Origin: Eledone cirrhosa
Lineage: Eukaryota
Length of the DNA: 64,000 nt
Direction: 5' to 3'
NCBI GenBank assembly: GCA_964016885.1
Contig: OZ024750.1
Coordinates: 7,254,001-7,318,000 of the forward strand
Each line of letters starts with the position of its first letter. Within the stretch, counting starts at the first letter, position 1. Positions 1 through 12,099 of this stretch are shown here, piece after piece. A program made the translations under genes and the position numbers. The notes beneath the pieces are model-generated. The model had not been told where the DNA came from, made no database searches, and saw only the letters and a list, made by a program, of their open reading frames with translations.

Positions 1-454
1 ATAAACAAAATGTTTATATACTAATGTAAAAATCTTTATGAAATATTTACATATAAAGAAAGCAAATAGATATAAAGAAAACAAATGTGACAGAGGAAAA
101 TATGAACATCTGATGTTTTGATGTTTTTCTGCTTCCATATGTTTTGTATATACACATATATTCATTGAGCAATCTGCGATTAATTTCTAATAAATTAAAT
201 TTAAATTAACCTTTTGAGGCTTCTTTTCATTATTGTAGCATATGAACAAAAATGGTGCCATATTGTTTTTCAACATCCTGCCAAAGTTACTTTTAAAATC
301 CTTAACTCTTCTACGAAAGTTTCTAGGCCATTAAAATGAAAATAAAAATAAAGTCTTCTAATCTCTATGACTATGGTCTAATCTTTTGGCCAAATACATA
401 CTAGATATTAAAACAGATATATCACTCTCAATATATAGTTGCCAGAATCTCTAC

Positions 455-690
455 ATTAGATCACTGCTGACATCTCCCTTGCTTTATTGAACCAATACAT
501 GACATCCACTCTCTATTAGACTACTGCTCCAGGCTAACATTTGTTTCATTAAACCACTGTTACAGGCTAACAACCTCTCTTTATTAGACCAGGGCAAGAC
601 ATCCACCCTCTATTAGACCACTACTTCAGGTTAACACTCTTGCTTCATTAGACAAGGGCTTCAGGCTAATACCTCCTCTTTGTTAAATCA
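455..690 (+). repeat. Degenerate 30-36 bp minisatellite just downstream (transcript sense) of the S6 exon
   Basis: Recurring attagaccact..caggctaaca motif. Confidence 0.6.
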
Positions 691-750
691 ATCCATGGAA
701 TATAGATTTTGAAAACATTTGATAATATTATTAGAAGATTTATTTCTTAC

Positions 751-842
751 TTTTTGCCTCTTTCTTTCTTATATGTTCCGCCATATTTCTGTCTCCGGCC
801 AATAATCTCAGCAATTTCAGGAATAAAGCTCGTAAATATACC
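751..842 (-). CDS. KCNMA1: Slo1 exon, lower S6 and S6-RCK1 linker ([30 protein letters not shown]+AA), 92 nt
   Basis: PEI.E.IG...KYGG motif; ctgtag acceptor, gtaaga donor. The gene continues beyond the window start. Confidence 0.96.
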
Positions 843-1297
843 CTACAGTGTAGAAAGGAAAGGTAAATAGTAATTAGATTTTATAACAACAGAATATATA
901 TACATACATACATATATATATACACACACAAATATATATATATATATAAATTTGGTGGATAAGGATGCAATTCAATCAAGCACTCAACATCATGTTACTT
1001 CTTCAAAATAAGTATGATGGAGTATAATTAGAATGAGGAAAATGTGAAGTTGTAGATGTTAAAGAGACCTTTCTTAATATTAAGAAAGGACTCTTTAACA
1101 TCTACAATCAGTTTCTCATAGGAATAAGGTTTTATATGTTGAGATGTATAAGAATGTTTTAATCTTGACCAACTGGGGTTTCATAAAAGCAACATCATAA
1201 ATATTTAGCATGTTTATCTTTTAAGTCATTTATGGGACTGGTAATTTATTTTACTCTCATCTTAGCAATTTTCTTTTTATTATTGATGTTGGTGAAA

Positions 1298-1527
1298 GGT
1301 GATTGATTGGTAGTAATTGGCAGAGAATCAGACAACATGCTGTGTGGCATAGAGTTACGGCCTTTTATGTTCTGAATTCAAATCCTGCCAAAGTTAAACT
1401 TTGCCTTTCATCCTTACAGGATCAATAAAACAAATCACCAGTAATGCACTGGGGTCGAGTTAATCCTTAACTTTCCCTTTCCCTTCAAATTGCTGGCCTT
1501 GTGCCAAAAGTAGAAACAATTATTATT
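1298..1527 (+). mobile_element. SINE family A (tRNA-like head; core gttaactttgcctttcatcc..gtcgataaaataaagtaccag; tail gctggccttgtgccaaaagtagaaacaatt)
   Basis: About 20 dispersed copies or fragments; A-box-like tggcagtatcggta and B-box-like gagttcaaatcc. Confidence 0.8.
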
Positions 1528-2872
1528 GTGAAAATTGCTTGAATTCTTTATATTTTGAATTGTGCAGTTAGTTGAAAAGCATTCTTAAAAAAAGCAATAT
1601 TATATGAATAAAATATGGCAACATGGACTTAAAACTATGATGATGATGATGATAATGATGGTGATGATGATGATGATGGTAATGATGGTGATGGTAATGA
1701 TGATAAAAAAAATTGTTTATATTTTTATATTCATGAATTCTTCAAATAAGAAGAATTTTCTTTTTCCTCTTCACTTATGATATATATCAATATTCTTGGA
1801 AGGATTTTTTAAAATGCCAATATAGGAAGAAAACATTTCAAGTGATGCGTGTCAACTGTATTGTCTATAAATTGGAAACCATATATTTCAAGTTAGAAAT
1901 CTCGAGATGGCATATTTATAAATGTCAGTTGAGTTTTTTGTTTGATCAGTTATTTCAGTGTTATAGGTTTGTTCAAACAGAGCTGACGGATATATTAACT
2001 TACTCGCAGGTCTCAAAATAATAGGGATTTCAACACAGAACACAAAGGGACATAACTACATGCTGCAAAGCATGTTGTCTGACACTACTGATACTGTCAA
2101 TCTATCGCCCTTCAGACCACTATTCTTGGGTCCCAAATAATAAGAAAGGGGTAGGTGGGCGGGGTGGAATAATCGGAGTGGGGGTGGGTGGGTGGTATGG
2201 AAAATCAGTAATTTTTCTAAGTTGTCTCTTGATTTTTTAAAAACCAGAATTAGTTGTTTAGTTTACATATTGAGACCCCCCAACCTATCCTATTTATTTT
2301 ATAACATATGGGATTTCTAGTAATGTCTTTTTTTTGTCTTGTATAATGTTTTTTTAATGTATAAAGAAAATTAATTGTAGCAGGAATGCTACCACTTATA
2401 ATAACATTTTGTTGGAGATAGATTAGAAAAATTTAATAAGTGGAGTGTGGAGGTGGAATATGAGTGGGGGAGGGTGTTGGAAAAAATCAGAAAAATTAAT
2501 AACTGGGGGCGATTATTTGAGACCCAAGAATACAACAATAACCCTATTACTAATGACATCCTAACATCAGTTAGGCTAAACTTACTGATCTACATAACTA
2601 CCACATTAATTCCCAGCCCATCATTTCCCTGTGTATTATCAACTATCATCTTGCAGCATTCCAAGCATCTACCATTTATTTCTCTCAGGTTTTCTTACCA
2701 ATGCACTTAGCTTCTTTAAATATTCTAGAATCCATTCTCAACTCACCTGCATGCAGCTACTGACTAAAATTCTTCATTTCACATTCAATCAATCACCCCC
2801 AAATTAAGTCCACATGATAAACCCATCTCCTCGCCTCTTGCTAACTAATCTTTTTCTTACACAAGCCTTTCA

Positions 2873-3161
2873 TTAACCCTTTAACATTTAAGCCAGTCAT
2901 ATCCGGCCAGAATTTTCTCACCTCTTTCTCTTCAAACTGGCTGTAACTGGCTACTCATACCCACATTAAGTTATTGTTCTCAAAATAAATAACATAAAAA
3001 TCTCATAGATTCGATATTCTGTGAGATAATTATGTAAGATAAAGCCTTTACTGTGAAAATACAATAGTATATATAGAGTAATGTAAATGTTATGCGAGGT
3101 AAAGCCTTTACTGTGAAAATACAATAGTATATATAGAGTAATGTAAATGCTAAAGGCTTAA
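2873..3161 (+). mobile_element. piggyBac-like MITE (TTAA TSD, TIR CCCTTTAGCATTTA) with an internal 60-bp duplication
   Basis: ttaaccctttaacattta ... taaatgctaaaggcttaa; multiple copies in the window. Confidence 0.75.
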
Positions 3162-3759
3162 CCACTATCTTCATTCCTTCTTCTACAATATGTCTGCTCT
3201 GTGGAATTCTTTTTCTAGCCATATTTCTCTTGCCCTCATGGGGGCAGAGTCCTCAAACACTCCAGGACATGCTGGAAGAAGTATTTGAGGATTCTGCCTC
3301 CATGACTCTCTTAGGAATAAGTGGGCGAAGAAGAAGATATTTCCCTTGCCAATATCAACTTCTAGATGTTCAAACTAAACATTAGCTGTATCAATCTCAT
3401 CAATTGATCTCTATAAATCTTCAGATTTATTTTATGTCAAATCCTCTCATCCTTGTGGGGGGGGGGGGGGGGGGGGTCAATTAAATAAAGTATTAATCAA
3501 GCGCTGAAGTCATTGTAATTAACTTGTCATCTTCCCTGCCAGCAAAAAATTGCTGGCCTTGTGCTTAAATTAGAAGTCATTTATTTATTATCAAAATTGG
3601 TGAGCAATAAAATGAGGTTATGAATCATTTATTGCTTCCCTGCATTTCTAAAGGCGAGAGGGATGAGATATTAACTGTGAGTCAATCATCATCATCAACA
3701 TCATCATTTTACATTCCTTTTCCCTATTGACATGGATTGGAAGGGCCATATATATATCA

Positions 3760-3915
3760 AATTTAATATAGAAATGGCTTCTACAGGACTAGAACTGTTT
3801 CACTTGAAAGAAATCTGTTCTAGTCCTTTTGAAGCCAGTTTTATATTAAATTTGATGTTTACACTCTACTAATATATTGGGTACCTTACTGTGGTTACCC
3901 TCAATTGAAACTGAA
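3760..3915 (+). mobile_element. Family H1 mini-element, fold-back form
   Basis: Antisense hammerhead 3' half (aatatagaaatggcttctacaggactagaactgtttc) followed by a sense copy and the same tail as 23821-23880. Confidence 0.6.
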
Positions 3916-3954
3916 ACTAACCATGCAGCCACATGTGTCTATGTTTTCTCATGT

Positions 3955-4252
3955 CATCATACAGCACCTTACAACATCATACAACATCATACAGCATCAT
4001 ACAACACCATACAACACCATACAACATCATACAAAATCATACAACACCATACAACATCATACAGCACCATACAACATCATGCAACATCATACAGCACCAT
4101 ACAACACCATACAACATCATACAGCACCATACAATATTACAATAGTATACAACATCATACAACATCATACAACATCATACAACATCATTCAGCACCATAC
4201 AATATTACAATAGTATACAACATCATACAACATCATACAAGCATCATACAAC
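3955..4252 (+). repeat. 10-bp minisatellite
   Basis: Units acaacatcat / acagcaccat. Confidence 0.9.
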
Positions 4253-5367
4253 CACTGTCTAAATCATCATATTTCCAGAGAAAAAGGCTTTGGCAATCTA
4301 GCTAATATTCATATCCTTTAATGGTACATTCCTTTAATTATATAAATGTGTTCTTAATGTTTGGTTAAATTCTGTTGAAATTGATGTGAAATATAATTTG
4401 GCAAGATGTAATTGAAAATTGCAAATCATCAAAAACTAAAAACTATATGGAATATATGAAGGTAATAATATTAAAGATTGTGATCTGTTATTATGTTAGC
4501 ATAAAACATTGGTTTAAAGGAATTCAGTGAACATAAAATATGCTATTCATGTGTGTGTGTATGTGTGTATTTGTGTATGTGTGCATGTAGGTGAATGTCC
4601 ATATGTGTATATATGTATCAATGTGCATGTACCAATGTGTATGTATGTGCCAATGTGTATGTGTACTCATTAAAATGGCCTTTCAAAATTGAATTGAAAA
4701 GGAAAAGTTTACAAAAAAAGAGGGAGAGAACAACACAAAAACAACTTTGAAAGGATTATTGACAAATTCTGGCACAGATTCCTTCATTTTTTAAGGTTAA
4801 AAGGTTATTATAGTTCAATAAAATATAAAATGGATTGATTAAAATAAAATCCTTTAAAAACGATCCTATTTTGGGGCAGGGTTTATATAACTCTGCAATA
4901 TCTTAGTGAAGGTCAAATATTATAACACCCTAGTGAATGTCACATTTCTATTTAACTAATCCAGAGCTAGCAAGGGCTTCTCACCTATTTATATTTATAG
5001 TGTATGAAACATTGTACCTCTTTCCTGCACCTGCTGAAATCAAATTGGCAAGATAGTAATACAAATTTCCCAAACAGCAATGTTTGTGAAACAGAGGAAA
5101 TGAAGTGGTAGCAACAGCTGATATCACCAAAATAGCAGTTTGATGATACCCTTGTGACTATTACTGTTGGCAATGGAGAAACATAACCTAGATTTTGTTA
5201 GAGAAATGGCTTGAGTTATAGCAATGATATTGCTATATGTGAAGGCTGTATATTTAACTAACTAGAAAGTTCTAGGATTTCATTAACGATTCTTCTTTAC
5301 ATTGTCAATATATTTTGTCTTTATTCCAATAAAATGATAAAACATCTGTTATAATCTACAGTAGCTT

Positions 5368-5430
<63 letters not shown>

Positions 5431-5604
5431 TCTTCATTTTACATCAATTTTTCCACGCTTGCATGGGTTAGATGAGTTGCCCTGTTGTGGGCAATGCTAA
5501 GTCAGGTGACCATGTCTTGCTCATTCAGAACTTAGGTTAGGGTTTTCACTTCACCTACATTGGTATACACTGGTATATATATATATATACATACACACAC
5601 ACAT

Positions 5605-5681
<77 letters not shown>

Positions 5682-5827
5682 AAATCATTATTATCGTTTT
5701 TATGTCCACTTTTCCACATATATTTATATATACTGCGAAATATACACACCCTATATAACTGATTGGTTGGTGGTGTTTCTGCCAGTATATATAAGTATTT
5801 ATGAATACATAAATGTGTGTATATATA

Positions 5828-5928
5828 CAGGGTGTCCCCCAAAAATGTATTCACACTTCAACAGCATTCTAATAAATATTGCCTGTACAGGTAATCACAG
5901 AATGTATACAATATTTTAGAACACCCTG
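5828..5928. mobile_element. Tc1/mariner-like MITE
   Basis: TA-flanked TIRs cagggtgtcc..aaaatgtat / ataca..ttttagaacaccctg. Confidence 0.7.
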
Positions 5929-6937
5929 TATATATATATATATATATGAGTGAAAATATGTGTGTGTATTTGTGTATACACTGAAAAAAATGGAAAATAT
6001 CGTTATTGCCAGAATTTCAATTAATTGGCATACACTGACAGAATAAAGGAATGGAAAACTTGCCTGAAATCTTATAGGTGGTCTATGATAGACATTAGTT
6101 AAATAATTTATTTAGCATCAGGGGAAATGATAGTGGCATATGGATAATGATTCTTGAAGCAGGCTAAAAAAATACCCATTATATTTTTTCATGTTTACTT
6201 CGAGAAACCCACTTCTTTCTCTTCCTAACCACCATGACCATTATCATGCCTACTGATGCTAATTCTTAAGTACCTGAGAAAAACTCATGAGTAAGTAAGT
6301 ATACATTTTTATAACAAGAGGAAAATCTTGGGGTCAATCCAATTTAGCTAGCTATAAAATAGTAGAGGTAATATGAATATAAATATATTTTGACTACTTA
6401 AAGGGCAGTATTTGTATGGCCAGAGGTCATATGTTACAGAATCAAACACCTGACAACATGTAACAGGATCAAACCTTACTTGCCTCTGAACTTTTCTTTT
6501 TCATGAAGGAAGTTCGTGAAAAGTAGTAGCTGATTAGTTATATCATCAGAATCATCATCATTTGAATGTCCGCTTTCCCAGCTAGCAAGGGTTGGACGGG
6601 TCTACATAGACAAAGTCAGTACTGAAGTAGACCTACTGATCTTCCAGGAAGGCCAGGGACCTGTGTCTCACTTATGTATGGTCACGTTCCATCGAGTACT
6701 CAGGAGAGGTTGTCATGCCTTTGACACAACTTGCTCAAAGTGTTGTTCAGGAGGATCAAACTTAGAATCATGTGGTTGCAAATAGACTCTTAAACTACCC
6801 AGCCATACCTGCACCCATCACGAGATTTGTGGGAGGCTGGGATGGGTTGCTATTTTTAGTTTCTCTTAGTTTAGTACCTGGCCAAAATTGGCTCCAGTTA
6901 AATATCATTGAAAGAATACCAAGTAAAATCTACTTAC

Positions 6938-7108
6938 CAAAGAACATAGGATGAATAAAACAATAAATATTCTGCCGAGAACTGTTTTGGCATAAATATC
7001 ACCAAAGCCTACAGTCGACATGGTGACCAGTAAAAAGTATAAGCACTCCCAATAACTCATCCTGTGTGGGTTCGCGAAGTCCAAGAAAGGGTCTCCGGAA
7101 TTTTCAAT
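6938..7108 (-). CDS. KCNMA1: Slo1 exon, turret, pore helix, filter and first half of S6 ([57 protein letters not shown]), 171 nt
   Basis: ENSGDP and VTMSTVGxGD K+ channel signature; ttgtag acceptor, gtaagt donor; 57 full codons. Confidence 0.97.
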
Positions 7109-7203
7109 CTACAAATCAAAATAAACAGTAGATATAAGAGAAGAGAAGTAAGTTTGAAACTCCATTTAATTACAAATATCTTATTTGTTTGACTGAAAAA
7201 ACA

Positions 7204-7414
7204 TTAACCCATTAGCATTTAAACCAGCCATATCCAGCCAGAATTCTCTCACCTCTTTCTGTTTAAACAGCCTATAACTGGCTGCTTATACTTATTTTAA
7301 GGTATTGTTCTCAAAATATAATACCAAAGTCTCATAGATTCGATATCGTGAGGTAAAGCCTTTACCATGAAAATACCATAGTAAATATAGAGTAATGTAA
7401 ATGGTAAAGAGTTA
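7204..7414 (+). mobile_element. piggyBac-like MITE, same family
   Basis: ttaacccattagcattta ... taaatggtaaagagttaa. Confidence 0.75.
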
Positions 7415-7499
7415 AGTAATTTAAGGAAATTAAATTTAAATTGATAATGATTATCATAATGATGATGATGATGATAGTGGTAAAGATAATCATCTAATC

Positions 7500-7890
7500 A
7501 TCATCATCCGGCGACCTCAGCTGAAATCGATTCAACAATTGATCTCCACGTGGGTCTGTCCTTCATTGCCGCTGCCAAATCCTGGATTTCATTGGGATAG
7601 GTGAGCTTGTGCCCCCAGTTATTAGTGACTGCTTGTGGTTTCTAAAGTACTGATGGGGACACAGCCCCATAGTTGGCACTATGGCAGTGGCCAGCAAATC
7701 TTACTCTCCATTTATGTACAATGACAGATATGTATGGGAGGCCGGCATATACCTCTCTCAAAGTCAGATGTCACCAGCTTATGTTCTGAATGTGCTGAAG
7801 CAGGCGAGTGTAAGTGCCATCAAGGTGCTTTAGTTGTTTGGATGAAAGCGTCCATGTTTCACTTCCATATAGCAAGATTGGTTGAATGAT
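7500..7890 (-). mobile_element. RTE-like LINE 3' fragment of a different family
   Basis: PILLYGSETWTL..LDGTYTRLL..ISW..RFAGHC. Confidence 0.75.
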
Positions 7891-7940
7891 AAAGATATTA
7901 ATGGTTATGATGTAAAAGAAAAAGGAAAATGAAATCTCAC

Positions 7941-8092
7941 CAGGTGCAAGAAACCAGCGCCAGCTAACCACATGCTCACAAAAAATGCTACAAGTTGAGT
8001 CAGCCGGATCATAGTGCTGGTTTTCAAAATATTGAGATATTGGAGAATGTCGGGAATTGAGACAAGCCGTAAAGCTCTCAGGGAGCGGAGAC
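7941..8092 (-). CDS. KCNMA1: Slo1 exon, S4-S5 ([51 protein letters not shown]), 152 nt
   Basis: S4 arginine repeat and [11 protein letters not shown] motif; ctgtag acceptor, gtgaga donor. Confidence 0.97.
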
Positions 8093-8133
8093 CTACAGAC
8101 AAAAACAGAATAATATTAATAGTAATAATAATG

Positions 8134-8345
8134 GTTTCTGATATAGGCACAAGGCCAGCAATTTTGGGGTAGGGGAAAGTCGATTAAATCGACCCCAGTA
8201 CATTACTGGCACTTTATTTTATCAACCTCGTAAGGATGAAAGGCAAATCTAACCTCAATGGAATTTGAACTCAGAACATAAAGGGCCGTAACTCAATGCT
8301 GCAAAGCATGGTGTCCAACACTCTACCGATACTGGCAATATGCCA
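8134..8345 (-). mobile_element. SINE A filling most of the 274-nt intron between the S3 and S4 exons
   Basis: Reverse-complement match to the family A consensus. Confidence 0.85.
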
Positions 8346-8366
8346 TAAAGTAACAAAATTACTCAC

Positions 8367-8478
8367 CTAACCAATTTCGGTCTAGGTATATGGCCACAAA
8401 AGATGGTGGAATTGTAAAATAGTCGACAAAAGAGAAAAGCTCCAACCAAAACCATAATTTATCATTTGCAGCAACAAA
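8367..8478 (-). CDS. KCNMA1: Slo1 exon, S2-S3 ([37 protein letters not shown]+G), 112 nt
   Basis: Highly conserved Slo1 sequence; tttcag acceptor, gtgagt donor. Confidence 0.97.
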
Positions 8479-8879
8479 CTGAAATAGAAAACAAACTAGA
8501 TAACAAACTAGATAACAAACTAGATAACAAAATTAAATAATTGTAGGCATTATTTTAACATTTAAAATCTTATATAAAAATTAGTTTATTCATATATATA
8601 TATATATGTGTGTGTGTGAAAAATATATATATATGTGTGTGTGTGTAATATATATATATATGTATATATATGTGTGTGTGTAAATATATATATATAAAGT
8701 CATCTTTCATGAATATTTTCATTAATATATATATATATATCCTCATCATGTTCTGAAGGTACAGTAGCTAGACTACTGTACTTTTGGAACACTTCCACAG
8801 TTAATTTGATTACTGAGGTAATCCGGTAACAGAAGCAGTCAATGACCTCTAGGGAACCACATCTGGATATGTGATAATG

Positions 8880-9200
8880 TTTGTTTCAAGAACGCTCTTG
8901 CTACTCCTGTGTATTTATTGTATTTGCCACATATAAAGTTTACATCCTATGTTAGCTTACCCAAGATCCCACATCATTTGTGTACCCATAATCTACATTT
9001 TGGACACAGGATGTAATTTATAACAACTTCTTTTCTTCTTACAGAGCACGACCATTTTCCTGAGGTATCAGTGCCCTGTCTTTTTTTCCTTCTTACTAGA
9101 ATTTTAATCTTTGCTTCCATGTCTAGAAATTGTTCTCTAATCTGACCACTGGTTCAACTATGAGATCTAGATCATCAGCATATAGACATTCCTATGGACA
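8880..9200 (-). pseudogene. Decayed LINE reverse-transcriptase fragment
   Basis: CLYADDL motif at about 9168-9190 on the minus strand; stops and frameshifts. Confidence 0.55.
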
Positions 9201-10710
9201 GTAATACATGGCACACACACACATACACACAGTATATCTAGAGCTACAAATTATTCCATAAAACCTTACTTTATTTTAAATGGTAAGGTATTTTGAGGGA
9301 AATTTGGCTGCTATTTTTAACAGGTTGTGTCATTTTCTAGAGGCTTGCTTCATTAGCTTAGAAAGCCTAAGATTGCTTTACTTAAATACATTGTTAACAT
9401 AAGCGAAAATAAATAAATATAAATGAGAATAAAAACTGAGCCCAGTATTGAATCCTACAGAACTTATCTTCCTCCAGCCTACGGCACTTGCCTAAAATAA
9501 TCAACATGATTTACAGAATTTCTGCTAAATTTTCTTACAAAAATTCTGAAACACTAAATTAACATTTATTACCATCAACTGAATTAATCCTTGTTTACAA
9601 ACTCATGTTTTTTCTTTTATTTCTAGTTTAAAAATTGTTTTTTCTTTATGTCACTGACTTTATCTTTCATCTCCTTGGGGGTAGTTAAAATAAGTACTGG
9701 CATCAATTAAACCGACACAATCCCCAGGAATTCATGGTTTTGTGCCAATGTTACAAATCATTATTAATTTTGTCTAAAGTCTATTTTATGTTTTTCATTA
9801 TTTTTATAACTTAAAAAACCAAAACAAAGTTGTCTCTGATCGAGACGAAGCGAGAGTGAATTTGAATACATATAAAGACGAGAACACTCGTCACTAGAAC
9901 AGTCTTTAAAACAGCTAAATGCTGTCAAAAAAAGCAATGGGAAAAAATGTACTATATGTATTTAAAAATGTATTATATGTATTATATATATTAAAAAAAA
10001 ATAATTTTCTTTTAAATTTCTACTTTTACCACATATTTATATTCCTCATAACTACTAAACAAATCTGGAAGGTAGCTCAGTGAAAGGACACTGTCTTTTT
10101 CATTGTCTATTTGAAATTGCTTGCATTTTATGTAGAACATTTATCAACTAGGCTTTCCTTTATTCTCTGTCAATTGCCAATAACTATATATAGATATTTG
10201 TATATATATACTTTTATATCAAAATATTGTAGACAGTTAAGTAACAAAAAAACAAAAACTTCAGTATCTATCTAGTCTAAAAGTCTGAAAGGATTTGAAA
10301 TGTCAAAAATCAAATTCAAGTCTAAGAAATCACGTAGTTAGATATTTTTCTTGTAATGGAAAATGGTATATACTTTCTTCTTTTAGTATATTTTTATCTA
10401 ATGATATTACTTTTGTATAGTTTTTATTTTGAATATCTTTACATTCAATGTAGCAATCACTGTAGAATAAAAATAAGAAATATATTTCAAGTGATCCAAT
10501 AGCTATATAATAGTTTCAATTTGTATTTGAAACTATTTCACTTCTTAGATGCTGCTAATGACCAAGAGAAATCTTGAATATCACACTTGGCATCCCATTT
10601 GCTCAACTAATTTAACACCTTGCACCAAGTGAAAAGAAACCAATGAAATATGTGGAGATGACTACAATAGTAAAAACCTAAACTGGTTTCTTTTATGAAA
10701 ACCAAAGTTT

Positions 10711-10905
10711 AGTATTTTATTATGTAGAGTTCAAATTACACAACAGCTGATATTATTCCCCAAACCTTCAGATAATTAAGAACATAATATGCAACCCAGC
10801 CCGAGAATCGAGTATTTTATCATGTAGAGTTCAAATTATACAACAGCTGATATTGTTCCCCAAACCTTCAGATAATTAAAAACACAGCATGCACTGAGAA
10901 TCGAA
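10711..10905 (+). repeat. 100-bp tandem duplication
   Basis: agtattttattatgtagagttcaaatt... at 10711 and 10811. Confidence 0.85.
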
Positions 10906-11395
10906 CCCTTGACATTATGATTATGAGTTCAACACCCTAACCACTTTCCCTAACAATAACTATGTAAAAGAAATCCTTTATTAGACATTAAATAAAGTCT
11001 TGTAATAATAATCTTCTGCTTCAGCAAGTCCGCAGCTGATATTTCCATTAGTAGCCATTTCACTTAACTTATGTACCTAATGCCACTGGGAAAGGTCGAA
11101 TTCATACAATCTTAGTTTTTTCTTCTTTCTTATGAATCCAAAGCCTTGTGTGTCTGCTTGCTACTAATCAACATTTTATATGAGTAAGAAACATTTACAT
11201 CCACTTTTAAAGTATTTTGTTGTTGTCAACACACAATGTTTTGACATTAACTCATAAAATCTTGTCCATAATTATCAGTTCAGTAAGTAGAATATTGTAT
11301 ATTGTTGAGTAAAATAACACAAGAGTGGTGGAACAGTTTGAATTTGTGACTTTTCAATCAATAGTCAAAGTCCTCAACCAGTCTTTCTTTCAATC

Positions 11396-11860
11396 AGGCT
11401 TGGATTTAGATCTTGTTTGGCACATGGCATTTCAGGTTTGGGGGGCCCCCTCATACACAAAAAAATTAGAATACACAGCAAACCACCCCAATTTCACATA
11501 TCAAAGTTAGCTTAGTGCAAGTAATTGGAATTGAAAAGTTATACATACAGGTATTAAATTAAAAAAACTCTAACCATCCTAAAACTAAAGAGCCTAACAG
11601 AGGGCACAAATAAATTGCTACGGCCATTGCTGGTGCCCCTCCCCACTGCAGGGACCTGGGGCAATTGCTCCCATTGCCCCCCGCCCCATTAAATCTGCAT
11701 TCAATCCCCAAATATACCTATCAAAATATTGTACTGAGGAGACATTATAAAATGGTGTGACTCTGTATCACAAAGGCTGATAATGTCAGAGTTTAGCTCC
11801 AAATTCCACATATTAAATGAATTAGAAAAATCTTCAATAGAAACAACACTATTCAATGAA
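11396..11860 (+). mobile_element. Dispersed repeat, possibly an hAT-like MITE, shared with 27230-27742
   Basis: Long shared blocks (cagcaaacc..tatcaaagttagct..; cccaaatatacctatcaaaatattgtactgaggagacattataaaatgg); caggcttggattta here and taaatccaaccctg at about 27729 look like TIRs. Confidence 0.55.
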
Positions 11861-12099
11861 AGGTAACCCTTCCATATTTAGTATCTATTCATTCTAATAA
11901 CCCAAGCTTGTAAAATAAGAACATGTGAAATCAGGCACATATATGTCGAGTGAATATGAAACTTTTGTCATTTCATCTAAACACAATATTACTATTACAA
12001 AATGTAATTTCTATGAAAAAGTCTATAAAAAACATGAATTCATATTTTATGGTTTTTCAGTAAGGATGTGTAGAATTTGTAGTGAGACTGTAGGTAGAC

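Noticed and set aside
3180-3240. Alternative 92-nt S6 exon (KYG and RHIV-like text)
   Set aside because: KYG is followed by a stop, the motifs are in different frames, there is no PEI motif, and upstream sequence is a LINE fold-back.
4985-5173. Degenerate duplicate pore exon (VTRVSSNCYFGDI..; shares atatcaccaaa with 6996-7006; gtgaga donor-like site near 4980)
   Set aside because: Similarity is limited to 11 nt, spacing is inconsistent with the real exon, and there is a stop before the donor. Likely chance, though RNA-seq could exclude a poison exon.
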